Under the pieces are notes generated by a model that made no database searches, was not told where the DNA came from, and was given only the letters and a program-made list of their open reading frames with translations. From assembly GCF_963921235.1 (NCBI RefSeq), contig NC_086097.1, forward strand, positions 220,846,001 to 220,910,000: a DNA stretch of 64,000 bases, given 5' to 3'. Source of the DNA: Mobula hypostoma (lineage: Eukaryota). Within the stretch, counting starts at the first letter, position 1. Each line of letters starts with the position of its first letter. The position numbers and the translations under genes are program-made. Positions 36,201-49,596 of this stretch are shown one piece after another.

Positions 36201-38134
36201 CCTAGTGGGCTCAACAACAAGCTGTTCTAAAAAGCCATCTCGCAGACATTCTACAGATTCTCTCTCTTGAGATCCAGTGCCGACCTGATTTTCCCAATCC
36301 ACTCGCATGTTAAAATCCCCCACAATTATCATAACACTGCCCTTCTGACAAGCCTTTTCTATTTCCAGTTGTAATTTGTAGTACACATCCCTGCAGCTGG
36401 GTGGAGGCCTATAAATAACTGCCATCAGGGTCCTTTTACCCCTGCTATTTCTTAGCTCAACCCATAAAGATTCTGCACCTTCCGATCCTATATCACCTCT
36501 TTCTAATGATTTAATATCTTTTCTTACCAATAAAGCCACACCTCCCCCTCTGCCTACCTTCCTATCCTTCCGTGTATCCTTGGACGTTCAGCTCCCAGAG
36601 ACATGCATCCTTTAGCCAGGACTCAGTGATGGCCACAATATCGTACTGGGCTACTGATTGTGGGTGATCAGCCATGATCACAGTGAATGGCGGTGCTGGC
36701 TCGAAGGGCTGAATGGCCTACTCCTGCACCTATTGTCTAAGTAGCGAGGTATGTGGAAGTTGATTTTGAGAGGAAAACAGTCCGTGTTAGAGAGTCCTTC
36801 CTTGGTTTTATCCAGATAAGCCAGAAGGATCCTGAGAGCTCGGTTGAAGACATTTTGAAACAGCTAGAGAAGGATGAAATGGAGCTATAAGATTGTCGGT
36901 CACAGTGATATGACAACGCTGCTGGATGGCTGGACTGTGGTGTTCATCAAAGAAACAGTGAGAAAACACAACCTGGCAGTGTTTGTGAATTGCGAGAATC
37001 ACTCACTCAACTTGGTGGATGTACATGCAGCCAAGCAGGATACAATGCTCGTCATGTTTTTTGGAACTATCGAAGCTCTCTATGTGTTTTTCTCTCGTTC
37101 AACACAGCGCTGGGAAAAACTCAAAAATGCCGTGCCTGTGGTTGTTAAGTCGGAGTCCAAAACCAGGTGGAGTGCAAGGACAGAAGCAGTGAAGCCTGTC
37201 AACAAGTACCTCGAGGAGAAACTTCAAGTTCAGCAAGACATGATAGACAATGAAAACGAGACCAGTGAAACAAGAAGTGACGCAAGGCAAGGTACAACTG
37301 CATGTTGAGTTACGATTTTCTGATTTTGGAACAAAGCACTCATTCGCATTGACCGTATTCAAAAGAGGCTGCAGGATCCTAGCATGAACTTCCACGATGC
37401 TGCCCTGGATTTCAAAACCCTCTGAGATCATTTTTATGATTACAGAGAAGTGTTGGTCAGTGAGTCACTTGAAGAAGGAGTCGGTCTCTGTCAAGAATGG
37501 AATATTGAAGTTGAAAGACGTCCGAGACGAAAGAAACGAATGGCTGATGAGAACTCGAGAGATGCTGGGTTAACAGCTAAGGAGGAAATGGAAAGAGTCA
37601 TGAGGGGAACACTCGACCATCTTCACAGAGAAACGGATGAAAGGTTCGCTCATTTGCACAACACTGACACCAAATTTGGGTTCCTTCTCGATGTCGAGGG
37701 ACTGGCGCCGACAGTAACAACCTAAAGAAGAAGTGTGAAAATTTGGGTGAATTGTACAGCTCTGATGTTGATGGACAGCAGCTATATGAAGAAATTTTGG
37801 ATTGCAGAATGTTGCTATCAAGCCGGGTCAACATGAAAATATCAAGACCTGAAGAGCTTCTTGAATTTATTGCTCAGTATGGAGATGAGAGCGTCTTCCC
37901 CAATCTTCGCAATGCTATTCAGATAATGCTAACCATCGTAGTTTCCATTGCTAGCTGTGAGAGATCATTTAGCAAGTTAAAACAAATACTTTCATATTTG
38001 AGAGCCTTCATGGGTCAAGGCAGACTCTGTGATCTTGCTCTGCTGAGTGTAGAAAGAGAAGAAACTGACAAAATGAATTTGATCACATCATAGACCAATT
38101 TGCATCAGTGTAAGCAAGGAAGGTGCAGTTATAA
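33205..38134 (+). pseudogene. hAT transposase pseudogene (pieces ~33205-33850 and ~36741-38134)
   Basis: NCENHSLNL, KTRWS and hAT dimerisation motif FPNL..IMLT..SIASCERSFSKLK; stops and frameshifts. Confidence 0.88.
33851..36640 (-). mobile_element. CR1 LINE, young, most of ORF2 (endonuclease plus RT)
   Basis: ORFs 35952-36539 (IYRPP, GDFN, SDHN), 34614-35933 (RT) and 33942-34657; (cttatggt)n tail at ~33851-33866. Confidence 0.95.
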
Positions 38135-38300
38135 TTGTCATGTAGTGCTATAATTTGTTAATTAAAGGATTAATGAGCTCGACTTGTATTTTTGAGCTGA
38201 TATTATGGTAAAGTTATCTAAAAGATGGGTGTCAGATGTTTGGAAAGGGGTGCAATTTCAGTGCTTGCCATAGGTGCTATTTTCCATAGATACACCCCTG

Positions 38301-40640
38301 CATAATTGTGTATACCTCTATCAAACCTCCCCTCTATCTTCTGCTGTACATTCAAAGAAATAAAGTCCTAATCTATTTGACCTTTCCCTGTAACTTTGAT
38401 CCTCAAGTCCCGGCAACAACCTTGTAAATTTTCTCTGCACCCTTTCAATCTTATTTACATCTTTGCTGTAGATAGTTGACCAAAACTGCACACAATATTC
38501 GAAACTAGACCTCACCAATGTCTTCAACATAACATCCCAACTCCTGTACTCAATACATTGATTTATGAAGGCCAATGTGTCAAAAGCTTTCTTTACAGCC
38601 CTACTTACCTGTGACGCCATTTTTAAGGAATTATGAATCTGTATTCCAGATCCCTCTGTTCTACTCCACACCTTAGTACCCTATCGCTCACGGTGTTTAT
38701 CCTCCCAAAGTGCAACACCTCACACTTGTCTGCATTAAATTCCATCTGACATTTTCAGTCCATTTTTCCAGATGCTCCAGATCCCAATGCAAGCTTTGCT
38801 AGTCTTCCTCGCTACCCACTACACCCCCAGTCTTGGTGTCATCCACAATTTTGCTGGTCTAATTTACCACATTATCATCCAGATCATTGGTATAGATGAC
38901 AAACAGCAACGGACCCACAATGGATCCCTGCAGCACTCCAGTAGTCACAGGCCTCCAGTCAGAGATGCAACCATCTACAATCACTGACTTCTTCTGCAAG
39001 GCCAATGTCTAATCCAATTTACTACCTCATCTTGAATACCAGTTATTGAACCTTCATGACCAGCCTCCCATATGGGACCTTATCAAAATACTTACTGAAG
39101 TCCATGTAGACAACATCCACTGCCTTGCCTTCGTCAACTTTCCTGGTAATATCCTCAAAAACTCTAAGATTGGTTAGAAATTACCAAACATGCGCAAAGC
39201 CATGTTGACTATCCCTAATCAGTTCCTGTCTATCCAAATAGTTATCTATTTGTCCCTCAGAATACCTTCTAATAACTTTCCCACTAGTGATGTCAGTCTC
39301 AGTGGCTTATTCTTAAAGCTTTTCTTAAACAGCTGAACAACATTAGGTATCTCCAATCCTCTGGCACCCCACTCATGGCTAAGGATGCTGTTAAAGTCCC
39401 AGCAATTTCTGCACTAGTCTCTCCCAGTGTTTGAGCAAGCACATTGTCAGTCCCTGGGGATTTATCCACCCTGTTTGCCTCAGGACATCAAACACCTCCT
39501 CCTCTGTAATCTGTATAGAGTCCATGACTTTGCTGCTGCATTGCCTCACATCTATAGACTTTGTGTCCATCTACTAAGTAAATACAGATGTAAAATACTC
39601 CATTTGTCCCTTGCTATCCTTTTGCTCTTATTATATCTGTAGACGCCCATAATATTCTTCTTCACCTTATCAGCTAGAACAACATCATGTCTTCTCTAAG
39701 CCCTCCTGATTTCCTTCTAAAGTGTTCTCTTGTATTTCTTATACTCTTCAAGTACCTCATTTGTTCCTGTATGCCTATATCTGCTGTGAACCTCCTTCTT
39801 CTTCCTAAATATCTCTCGAAAACTAAGGTTCTCTACAACTGTAGTTATTGCCGTTCATTCTGCCAGAAACATATAAACTCAGTATGTACTCTCAAAATTT
39901 CACTTTTGAAGGCCTCCCACTTACCAAGTACATCTTGGCCAGAAACTGCCTGCCCCAATCCACACTTGGCAGATTCTTTCTGATACCATCAAAATTGGCC
40001 TTTCTGCAATTTAGAATCTGAACCCAGGGGCCAGACCTATAATCTTCCATAATTATCTTGAAAATATGGCATTGTGATCACTAGATGCAAAGTGTTCCCC
40101 TGTACAAACTTCTGTCACACACCCCGTGTCATTCCCTAATAGCAGATCTAGTATCGCACATTCTCTCTAGTTAGGGCTTCTACGTACTGATTAAGGAACC
40201 TTTCTGAACACATTTAACAAACTCTTTCCCGTGCAGCCCTTTTACAGTATGAGAATCCCAGTCAATATGTAGAAAGTTAAAATCACCTGCTATCACAACC
40301 TTATGTTTCTTGAAACAGTCCGTGATCTCGCTACAAATTTGTTCCTCTAGCTCCTGCGGTCTATTAACGTAGCCATACTTTTCTTATTCCTCTGTTCTAC
40401 CCATCTAGCCTCAGTAGATGAGCTCTCCAGTCTGTCCTGACTGAGCACTGCTGTGACATTTGCCTGACTAGTAATGCCACCCCTCTCCCTTTAATCTCTC
40501 CGCTCTGTCATGTTTAAAACAACAGAACCTTGGAACAATGAGCTGCCAGTCCTACCCCTCATGCAACCAAGTCTCTCTAAAGGCTGCAGTGTCATAAGTC
40601 CATGTGCTGATCCAGCTTCTAAGCTCATCCGCTTCTTCTA
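38301..40640 (-). mobile_element. CR1, older, decayed ORF2
   Basis: EYCVQFWS..IERVQRKF motif and upstream RT/EN remnants. Confidence 0.8.
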
Positions 40641-41139
40641 CTTGTCTTTGAGTCCACTGGAGGTTGGCGGCCTGCCTGTGTGTGTGTGTGGGGGGGGGGG
40701 GGTGCTGGTGGTGGTGGTGCATGGGAGGGAGGAAACATTCTGTCTTTTGTTCAGGAAACTAGAGCTGCCCTTGTTGGCATGTTTAATGATGCTGAGGTCG
40801 ATCTCTGGTGAATATAGGGTAGCAAATTCAGAAATTGGAAGCAAGTAGCTTGAAATGAATAAGTGGAGTAGAAAAATTCAGATGGTTGACGTTGTGCTTG
40901 TAGTTTATGATGAAAAGGCTGAAAGAATTGAAAGAAGTGCATTAGAAATTCTGAAAACAGAGTCAAGCTCCACTAACCATGCTGAAAAACCATGCCGAAA
41001 AAACTCAGCATCATGTCAATTTTGAAATAAAGATTCTGAGAGAAAAATAAGAATTGATCATTTGAGATAAGAGAGGAGAAGGTCAGAAAATATAGTTTAA
41101 AGATAGGAAGAGTGAGATTGGGAGGAAAGATGGCTTCAA

Positions 41140-43692
41140 ATGAAAGTGAAGGGAGGAGCTGGCCAAAATTGATTGGAAAAGGACACTGGCAGGGATGATG
41201 GCAGAGCAGCAATGGCTGGAATTTTAGGGAACAATTCAGAAGGCACAGGATATACACATCCCAAAGAGGAAGAAGTATTCTAAAGCAGGATGACTCAGCC
41301 TTGGCTGACATGAGAAGCCAAAGCCAACATGAAAGCCAAAGAGAGGGCATATAATAGAGCAAAAATTAGTGATAAGTTAGAAGATTGGGAAGCTTTTAAA
41401 AATCAACAGAATTCAACTAAAAAAGTCATAAAGAAGGAATAGATTGAATGCAGAGGTAAACTAGCCAATAAAATTAAAGACGATACCAAAAGTTTCATCA
41501 ATTACATAAAGTGTAAAAGAGAGGCGAGAGTAGGTATTGGGCCACTGGCAAATGATGCTGGAGAGCTAGTAATGGGGAACAAGGAAACGGCGGAAGAACT
41601 GAATCAATATTTTGCATTAGTCTTCACTGCAGAAGACACTAGCAGTATGCCGGAAGTTTGAGTGTGTCAAGAGGCAGAAGTGTGTGAAGTTGCTATTACT
41701 AGGGTGAAAGTTCTTGGGAAACTAAAAGGTCTGAAAGTAGATAAGTTACCTGGACCAGATGGTCTACAACCCAGGTTTTTGAAAGAGGTGGCCGATGAGA
41801 TGGTGGAGGCATTAGTAATAATCTTTCAAGAATCACTAGATTCTGGCATGGCTCTGGAAGGCTGGCAAATTGCAAATGTCACTCTACTCTTCAAGAAGGG
41901 AGAGAGGCAGAAGAATGGAAATTATAGGCCAGTTATTCTGACCTCAGAAGTTGGGAAGATGTTGGAGTCAATTGTTAAGGATGAGGTCTCAGGGTACTTG
42001 GAGGCATATGATAAAATAGGCCATAGTCAGCATGGTTTCCTTTAGGGAAAATCTTGCTTGACAAATCTGTTGGAATTCTTTGAAGAAATAACAAGCAGGA
42101 TAGGCAAAGGTGGTTGTTGTATACTTGGATTTTCAGAAGACTTTTCACAAGGTGCCATGTATGAGGGCGATTAACAATTTAAGAACCCATGCTGTTACAG
42201 GAATGATACCAGCATGGATAGAGCATCAGCTGATTGGCAGGAGTGGGAATAAGGGGAGCTTTACCTGGTGGGCTGCTGGTGACTAATGGTGTTCCACAGG
42301 GGTCTGTGTTGGACTGCTTCTTTTTACGTTATACGTCAATGACTTGGATGGCAGAATTGATGGCATTGTGATACAAAGATAGGTGGAGAAGTAGGTGGTT
42401 TTGTGGAAGTACAGAGGTTACAGAAGGACATAGACAGATTAGGAGAATAGGCAAAGAAGTGGCAAATGGAATACAGTGTCAGGAAGTATATGGTCATGCA
42501 CCTTGTTAGAAGAAATAAAAAGTTAGACTATTTTCTAAATGGAGAGAAAATTCTAAAAACTTAAGTGTAAAAGGACTTAATAAATGAGACCCCACATGGA
42601 GTACTGTGCTCAGTTCTGGTCGGCTCACTACAGGAAGGACGTGGAAACCATAGAAAGGGTGCAGAGGAGATTTACAAGGATGTTGCCTGAATTGGGGAGC
42701 ATGCCTTATGAGAATAGGTTGAGTGAACTTGGCCTTTTCTCCTTGGATCAATGGAGGATGAGAGGTGACCTGATAGAGGTGTACAAGATAATGAAAGGCA
42801 TTGATCGTGTGGATAGTCAAGAGCTGAAATGGCTAGCACGAGAGGGCATAGTTTTGAGGTGCTTAGAAGTAGGTACAGAGGAGGTGTCAGGGTTAAGTTT
42901 TTTATGCAGAGAGTGGTGAATGTGTGGAATGGGCTGCCGGTGGCAGTGGTGGAGGCGGAAACAATAGGTTCTTTTCAGAGACTCCTGGATAGGTACATGG
43001 AGCTTAGAAAAATAGAGGACTATGGGTAAACCTAGGTAGTTCTAAGGTAAAGACATGTTTGGCACAGCTTTGTGGGCCGAAGGGCCTGTATTATGCTGCA
43101 GGTTTTCTATGTTTCTATGACTAGGGTGTTCTTGAGCAGAATTCCCTAAAAGTTAAATTGCAGGTTGAGAGTAAGGGAAGTGCAATGTTAGCATTCATTT
43201 TGAGAGGACTAGAATACAAAAGCAATGATGTAACGTTGAGGCGTTATAAAGTTAAGGTCTCACTTGGAGTATTGTGAGCAGTTTTGGACCCTTTATCTAA
43301 GAAAGGATGTGCTGACATTGGCGACGGTCCAAAGGAATTCATGAAAATGATACTGGGATTGAAAGGCTTGTCGTATGAAGAGCATTTGATGACTTTGGGC
43401 CTCTACTATCTGGAATTCAGAGAAATGAGGGGTGACCTCATTGAAACCCTTTTAGAATGGAGATGAGGAGGAACTTTAGCCAGGGAGTGGTGAATCTGTG
43501 GAATTTGATGGCACAGCCAGCTGTAGAGGCCAAGTCATTGGATATATTTGATAGATTCTTGATTAGTATGGGCATGAAAGGATATGGGGAAAAGGCAGGG
43601 GATAGGGGCTGAGAGGAAAATGGATCAGCCATGATGAAATGGTAGATGGGACAAATGGCCTAATTCTGCTCTTATATCTTATGGTCTTATGA
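41140..43692 (+). mobile_element. CR1 with a nested younger CR1 3' fragment (~42584-43119)
   Basis: ORF 41662-42045 RT motifs; the nested piece matches the 1171-2920 subfamily and ends tttctatgtttctatg. Confidence 0.85.
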
Positions 43693-44347
43693 TCCACAGT
43701 TGTTTGCATTCAGAAGTTGCTGAAATCTTGTTGAAATGCTTGACAGAAGGAAGCTAAAAAATCTTTTATTGAAGCGCCAAGGTATGAAATGAAACTGAAG
43801 TAATTTGGTAAGTTGTTGCAGTAGAGCTCAAGGGCATGCAATACCATTCCCTCCCACTGGATGGCAGTCCTGTATTTGGAGACCATATTTAAGTTTCCAC
43901 TTGTTGGTTCTGGTTCTGCTTAGAGGAAAGGTCCAGACCTATACAATAGAGGATGGACTTTAACCACCAAACCAACTCTTTAATGGAAGTTTACTAGATT
44001 AAGTATGTTAGATGATGTTATTTTTCCAGATGATGATCAAATGTATCATGTGACAAGGTCACTGCATCATATGACAAGGTACAGGCATTGCTAGCAGCAA
44101 TGCTTTTGAACATTGTTCTGGGCAATTTTAATTACTCACCCATCGATGGGGCACAGAAAAATTAAATTAAACATTGGAGCCAAATTCTTATTATTCAATT
44201 TCATACACGGAAAAAAACAGTTGAATATAACACAGATCAGGAAGGTGGTTAGAGCATATTTTAGTATAGCAACCAGTTAACTCACATTGCTTGTTCCTAT
44301 GCTGCAATTTCTGTTTAGTTTAACCATGCTTAATATGTGTGAACGTA

Positions 44348-44617
44348 TTCCTCAAATAAGGAAATGTACGTCGCATCTGTTGTTTCTCTGGTTAGCAGGC
44401 GATTTCCCTCCACGCCTCCCTGACGTAGTGAGGAACTGCATACGAGGCAAGTTACAGCAGCGGTTTGCCATTGCCTTCTGCCAGGTGAGTTTCCAAAGAG
44501 ATCACCAGCTCGTAACTCAGCATGGATGGAAAGCGTGCAGGGGAGCTGGCTGGATTCAAACACGGGACCTTTCGTCCCGAAGTCCGGCACTGATGCCACT
44601 ACGCCACCAGCCGGGTC
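44348..44617 (-). mobile_element. tRNA-derived SINE with RTE-related body
   Basis: Pol III A box TGGCGTAGTGG (44606-44596), B box GTTTGAATCC (44561-44552); GAAGGCAATGGCAAACC motif; CpG-rich. Confidence 0.75.
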
Positions 44618-45244
44618 ACTATGAGAAACTAGCTACATAAAAAAGAGGATTTTTTGATGGTAGAAGTAACAAAACAGATTTAGATACTGTAGATGAGTTA
44701 AATATAAAGGAATATTGACACAAAAGGGAAACATTGTACGAAATAAGACATCAAGTTAGAATAGGGGTGAATTTAGAAACATGAAAATGGAATCTAAAGA
44801 GAAACTGAATACTGTACAGTTTGATTGTCAACAATAGGATATGTTTAAATAAAGAGTTCAGAGATTGATTAAAACTGGTTTTAAAAAGGAGACACAACAT
44901 TGTTGGCCGACGGGCCTGTCACGAAGGGAAATGGCGGGGGGGTGATAAGGCAGGAGATTGGGGCTGAGAGGAAATACGGATCAGCCATGGTGAAATGGCA
45001 GGGCAGACTGAACGGGCCAAGTGGCCAAATTCTGCTCCTATGTCTCAAGGTTTAAATTTCCTCCAATAAACTACCTAAAAATTTGATAATGTTAATGTGA
45101 TCAGAACTAAGATTGATTGGATCATACACAGCAAACAGACGAGACAGATAAACACACAGTGTTAGTGTATAATGTGGAAATACTACTAGGAATGAATCTC
45201 AGAAAATAAAAAGTATTCTGCAAGTATAAGAGGATTATTCTATA

Positions 45245-46513
45245 ATTGGGCCATCTTGAAAGGGAAGGAGAATGTGTGGAAATTGACTGGAATATTTGGT
45301 AAGCATTTTTCTTCAAAATTTAAGGATATTAAAGTCAAAGCCGAAATAAAAGCCAAAGAGAGGGCATATAATAGAACTAAGATTGGTGGGAAGTTAGAGG
45401 CTTGGGAAGCCTTTAAAAACCAACAGAAAGAAACTAAGGAAGTCACTATGAAGGTAAAGATGGAATACGAAAGTAAGCTAGCCTTTGCTGACTGGCTGCC
45501 AGTGACTTGTGGTGTTCCATAGAGATCTGTGTAGGGACCAACTCTTTTTATGTTATACGTCAATGATTTGGATGATGGAATTGAAGGCTTTGTTGCAAAG
45601 TTTGTAGACAATATGAAGATAGATGGAGGGGCAGGTAGTTTTGAGGAAGTAGAAAGGCTACAGAGTGAGTTAGGCAGATTAGAAGAATGGGCAAAGAAAT
45701 GGCAGATGGAATACAATGTCAGGAAGTGTATGGTAATACACTTTGGTAGATGAAATGAAAGGGTTGACTGTTTTCTAAATGGAGAGAAAATACTGAGGCA
45801 CAAAGGGACGGGAGTCCTTGTGCAGGATTCCCTAAAGGTTAATTTGCAGGTTGAGTCTGTGGTGAAGAAGGCAAATGTGATATTGGCATTCATTTCAAGA
45901 GGTCTAGAATATAAAATCAAGGATGTGATGTTGAAACTTTATAAAGCACTGGTGAGGCCACATTTGGAGTATTGTGAGTAGTTTTGGGCCGCTGATCTTA
46001 GAAAGGATGAGCTGAAATTGGAGAGGGTTGAAAGAAGGTTCACTAAAAAGATTCCAGGATTGAATGGCTTGTCATATGAAGAGCATCTAATGGTCTGAGC
46101 CTCTATTCACTATTCAGAAGAATGAGGGGTGACCTCATTGAAACCCATCAAATGGTGAAAGGCCTTGATAGAGTGCATGTGGAGAGGATGTTTCCTATGG
46201 TGGGAGAGTCTAAGACCAGATGACACAGTCTCAGAATAGAGGGTGTCCTTTTAGAACGGAGATGAGGAGGAATTTCTTTAGCTAGAGGATGGTGAATCTG
46301 TGGAATTATTTACCCAAGGCAGCTGTGGAGGCCAAGTCTTTATGTATATTTAAGGCAGAGGTTGATAGATTCACGACTGGTCAGAGCATGAAGGGATACG
46401 GGGAGAAGGCAGGGGATTGGGGCTCAGAGGAAAATTGGATCAGCCATGATGAAATGGCAGAGCAGACTTAATGGGCCAAATGATGTAATTCTGCTCCTAT
46501 ATCTTATGGTCTT
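45245..46513 (+). mobile_element. CR1 with internal deletion
   Basis: LYVNDLDDG..KFVDN, RPHLEYC and VNLWN.LP motifs; CR1 3'UTR. Confidence 0.85.
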
Positions 46514-48276
46514 AGACTGGGAGGAGATGAGCTTTGTGTTTGTTCCAAGATAAGCTATCATAATCAAAAACAAGTATTCATTGAAGGAAAGGAGGAAATG
46601 ATGCCAGGTAATGACAGAACACATTCAAAGATCCAGAAGGTATAGTGGGGAGATAAATAAAAATTTATGGTTTTAGTGATATAATGAAGAATAACACTAA
46701 TTCTAAATGGACAATCTTATTATGTTATTCAGAAGAGTCAAGAAAAGTTCTCAAGCCTTTGGCTCTTATTTTGAATAACATAAGATACTTTACATTCACT
46801 TCAAAAGTCATGTAAATCTCATAAAAAAGATTATGTCAAGCAGCACAGTTCTTTTAAAGCTGCATTGAAATATCCAGATAATGCACTCCAATTGCTGCAA
46901 TTAATCTTGAAATGATAACTTTCAGACTCAGTTATGGAAGTGGTACGATCATCATAGTTAAATATAGGAAGCCTTTAGCCCGGAGATGCCTATTTGTTTA
47001 AAAGATAGGAAAACACATAGAGTCATAGAGAAGTACAGCACAGAAACATGGCACATGGATTCTCATTTTTTTTTTTCTGTCACGTGGACTGTGCTGGTGA
47101 GACTCAATTCTAACTGTTCTTGCTAAGGTGGTGCAGAGTCAACTTCTTGACCACTTACATTCTTTCACATGAAAGTACTCTTAACAATTCAATTTGGGTA
47201 TAGAATACGATTTAGTTAAGCTTTTGCATTTAAAACTTGATTTATAGTTTCTTTCACAGTAGAGGGACCAGTCTTCACTAAGATGCCTGTTAGTTGCAGT
47301 TGAATAATTAAATAGCAAGCTAGCAACTGATAAAATTATCACCCAATATATCCATAATCCGATCTTATAATGGAATAAGAGTCCTTGATGAAGTAATTTA
47401 TCCCGAGTTGCAAATCGGCAGATGATTGAGTGTACTACTTAAACTAAGTTGGTCAAGCTATTTACTCCTAATTTTATCATAATTTAGTATAGAGATAATT
47501 TATTATCAAAATACCAATTTTTGTTAATTTTTGCACTAGACTATAATTCATGAACCCCTTTAAAATGAAGAGAAAAATAATGCAATATTCACCAGCTTTG
47601 ATTTTTCTGTAAGGTACAAACTTACCTATTTTATCACCCACTTTGCCAAATTTCCCCGTTCACCAGAATCCTAAATTTCATACGCTTTTAGTATTCATAC
47701 TCTATGGAACTAAACTCAGTGTGTTATCAGAAGACTTTTTTTTGCTGTCTGAAAGTCAAGAGACCCCAACAGCACTTCCTGGTGGTGACTACCAGGTAGC
47801 CAAATCTGGCTGGCTATTTACAACTGTTCAACAGCTATTAATAAGCAGCTACTTTACCAATATTATCAAAGAAAAAAGGTTAAGGTTGTTAAATGCTAAA
47901 TTCAAAACTTAATTTAATCTTACTTGACAATCAGGGAAGCTTTGACATCAAGGGAGAATTTGGCTATGGCAGGAAGGAACCCTGGTAAAATCAATGGGCA
48001 TAAAGGGCTAAGCACTGTAATGCCTGGAGCCATGCCTTGCACAAAGGAAGTTGGCTGTGGTTGTGGTACATTTAGCTACGACGTTCCTGCGGGAATTCTT
48101 TAGAACAATGTTATATGGTTGCCGCTGCTTTTATTGTTTTTAAATCATTCTAGCTCTTGGCCTGGGTGTAAAATAACATTTGTAACATATCTGCCAGCAC
48201 AACGTTACGTATTTACAGAGACCATGCACAGTAAACAGTTGATCAGTAATATCAGTCATTGAAGAAAGATAAAACA

Positions 48277-49045
48277 ATGTGGCCTCCTCTACATCAGGAA
48301 GACCAAACAAAGGTTAAGCAATTGATTCACAGAGCACCAGCTCTATGTCCTTAAAGGCTATTCTGAGCTCCCAGTTACATACTTCAATCACCCCCCCCCC
48401 CCTTCCAGTCCCACACCAACCTGTCTGTCCTCAGCCTTCTTCGCTGCCAGGGTGAGGCTCGAATCAAATAAGAGTGACAATACCTGTCTGGGTAGTCTAC
48501 AACCCAGCAGTATGAACACTGAATTATCCAGTTTCAGGAAATCGTTGCCTTCTGTTCTACCATGTAAGTCCTTTCTGATCTACCTCTGGTCTTCACCTTT
48601 CTGTCCATTTTCCCATTCCATAACAACCCCCCCACCCCACCATTTTCTTCTCCCTCCCCTTCTCAATTCCATTCACTCACTACCTACACATTTTAATCAC
48701 TGGAATCCCATCAGATTTCACTTGCCCTTTATCTGTCCCTTAATGGTTCTCAATATCACCTTCCTTACGTACCAGTTTCCAGTACTAATAATAGCTTTTG
48801 TGCTCCTGCTGGAGATGACTTTGCCTTCACCCTCCCCTTGCACCATCTGCCAATTTTTTTGTCAGCCTTCACCTGCCTCTGTGTCCACCCTTCATCTGGC
48901 TGGGTTCATCCTTCACCTCCCCTTAGTTCACTGATCACCCACTGTCCCATCTCACTACTTCTCTCCTCTTTATACCGGTTGTCCTCCCTCTCCATTCTGC
49001 TGCAGAATCACGACCAGAAACATCATCACTTCCTTTCTCCCACGT
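48277..49045 (+). mobile_element. Old Penelope-like 3' remnant
   Basis: CGLLYI..T..RL....EH GIY-YIG remnant; LGSLQPSSMNTELSSFR; pyrimidine-rich 3' region. Confidence 0.7.
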
Positions 49046-49057
49046 ATCTTTCATATA

Positions 49058-49596
49058 CACTCAGTGCCACTTTATTAGGTACATTGCTCATTAATTCAAA
49101 TATCTAATCAGCCTAACATGTGGCAGCAATTCAGTGCATAACAGCATGCAGAGATGGTCAAGATGTTCAATTGTTGTTCAGACAGAACATCAGAATATGA
49201 TAGAAATGCGATCTAAGTGAATTTGACTGTGGAATGATTGTTGGTGCCAGACGGGGTGGTTTGAGTACCTCAGAAACTGCTGCTGTCCTGGGATTTTCAC
49301 GCACAACAGTCTTTCCAGCTCACAGGGAATGGTGTGGAAAAACAAAAAAAAACATCCAGTGAACAGCAGTTCTGTAGTTAAAACACCTTGTTAATGAGAA
49401 AAGTCAGAGGAGAATGACCAGACTGACTCAAGCTGACAGGAAGGTGACAGTAACTCAAATAACCATGTGTTACAACAGTGGTGTGCAGAAGAGCATCTCT
49501 GAACACATAACACATTTAACCTTGAAGTGAATAGGCTACAGCAGCAGAAGATTATGAATATACACTAAATGGCCACTTTATTATGTACAGAAGGTA
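49058..49596 (+). mobile_element. Non-autonomous Tc1-derived element, copy 3
   Basis: Colinear with copies 1 and 2; preceded by TA. Confidence 0.85.

Larger units (their letters stand above)
32998..38300 (+). mobile_element. hAT DNA transposon (ZMYM1-like transposase), interrupted by a CR1
   Basis: TIRs cagtggcgtatcta / tagatacacccctg; 8-bp TSD cataatag (32990-32997) / cataattg (38301-38308). Confidence 0.92.
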
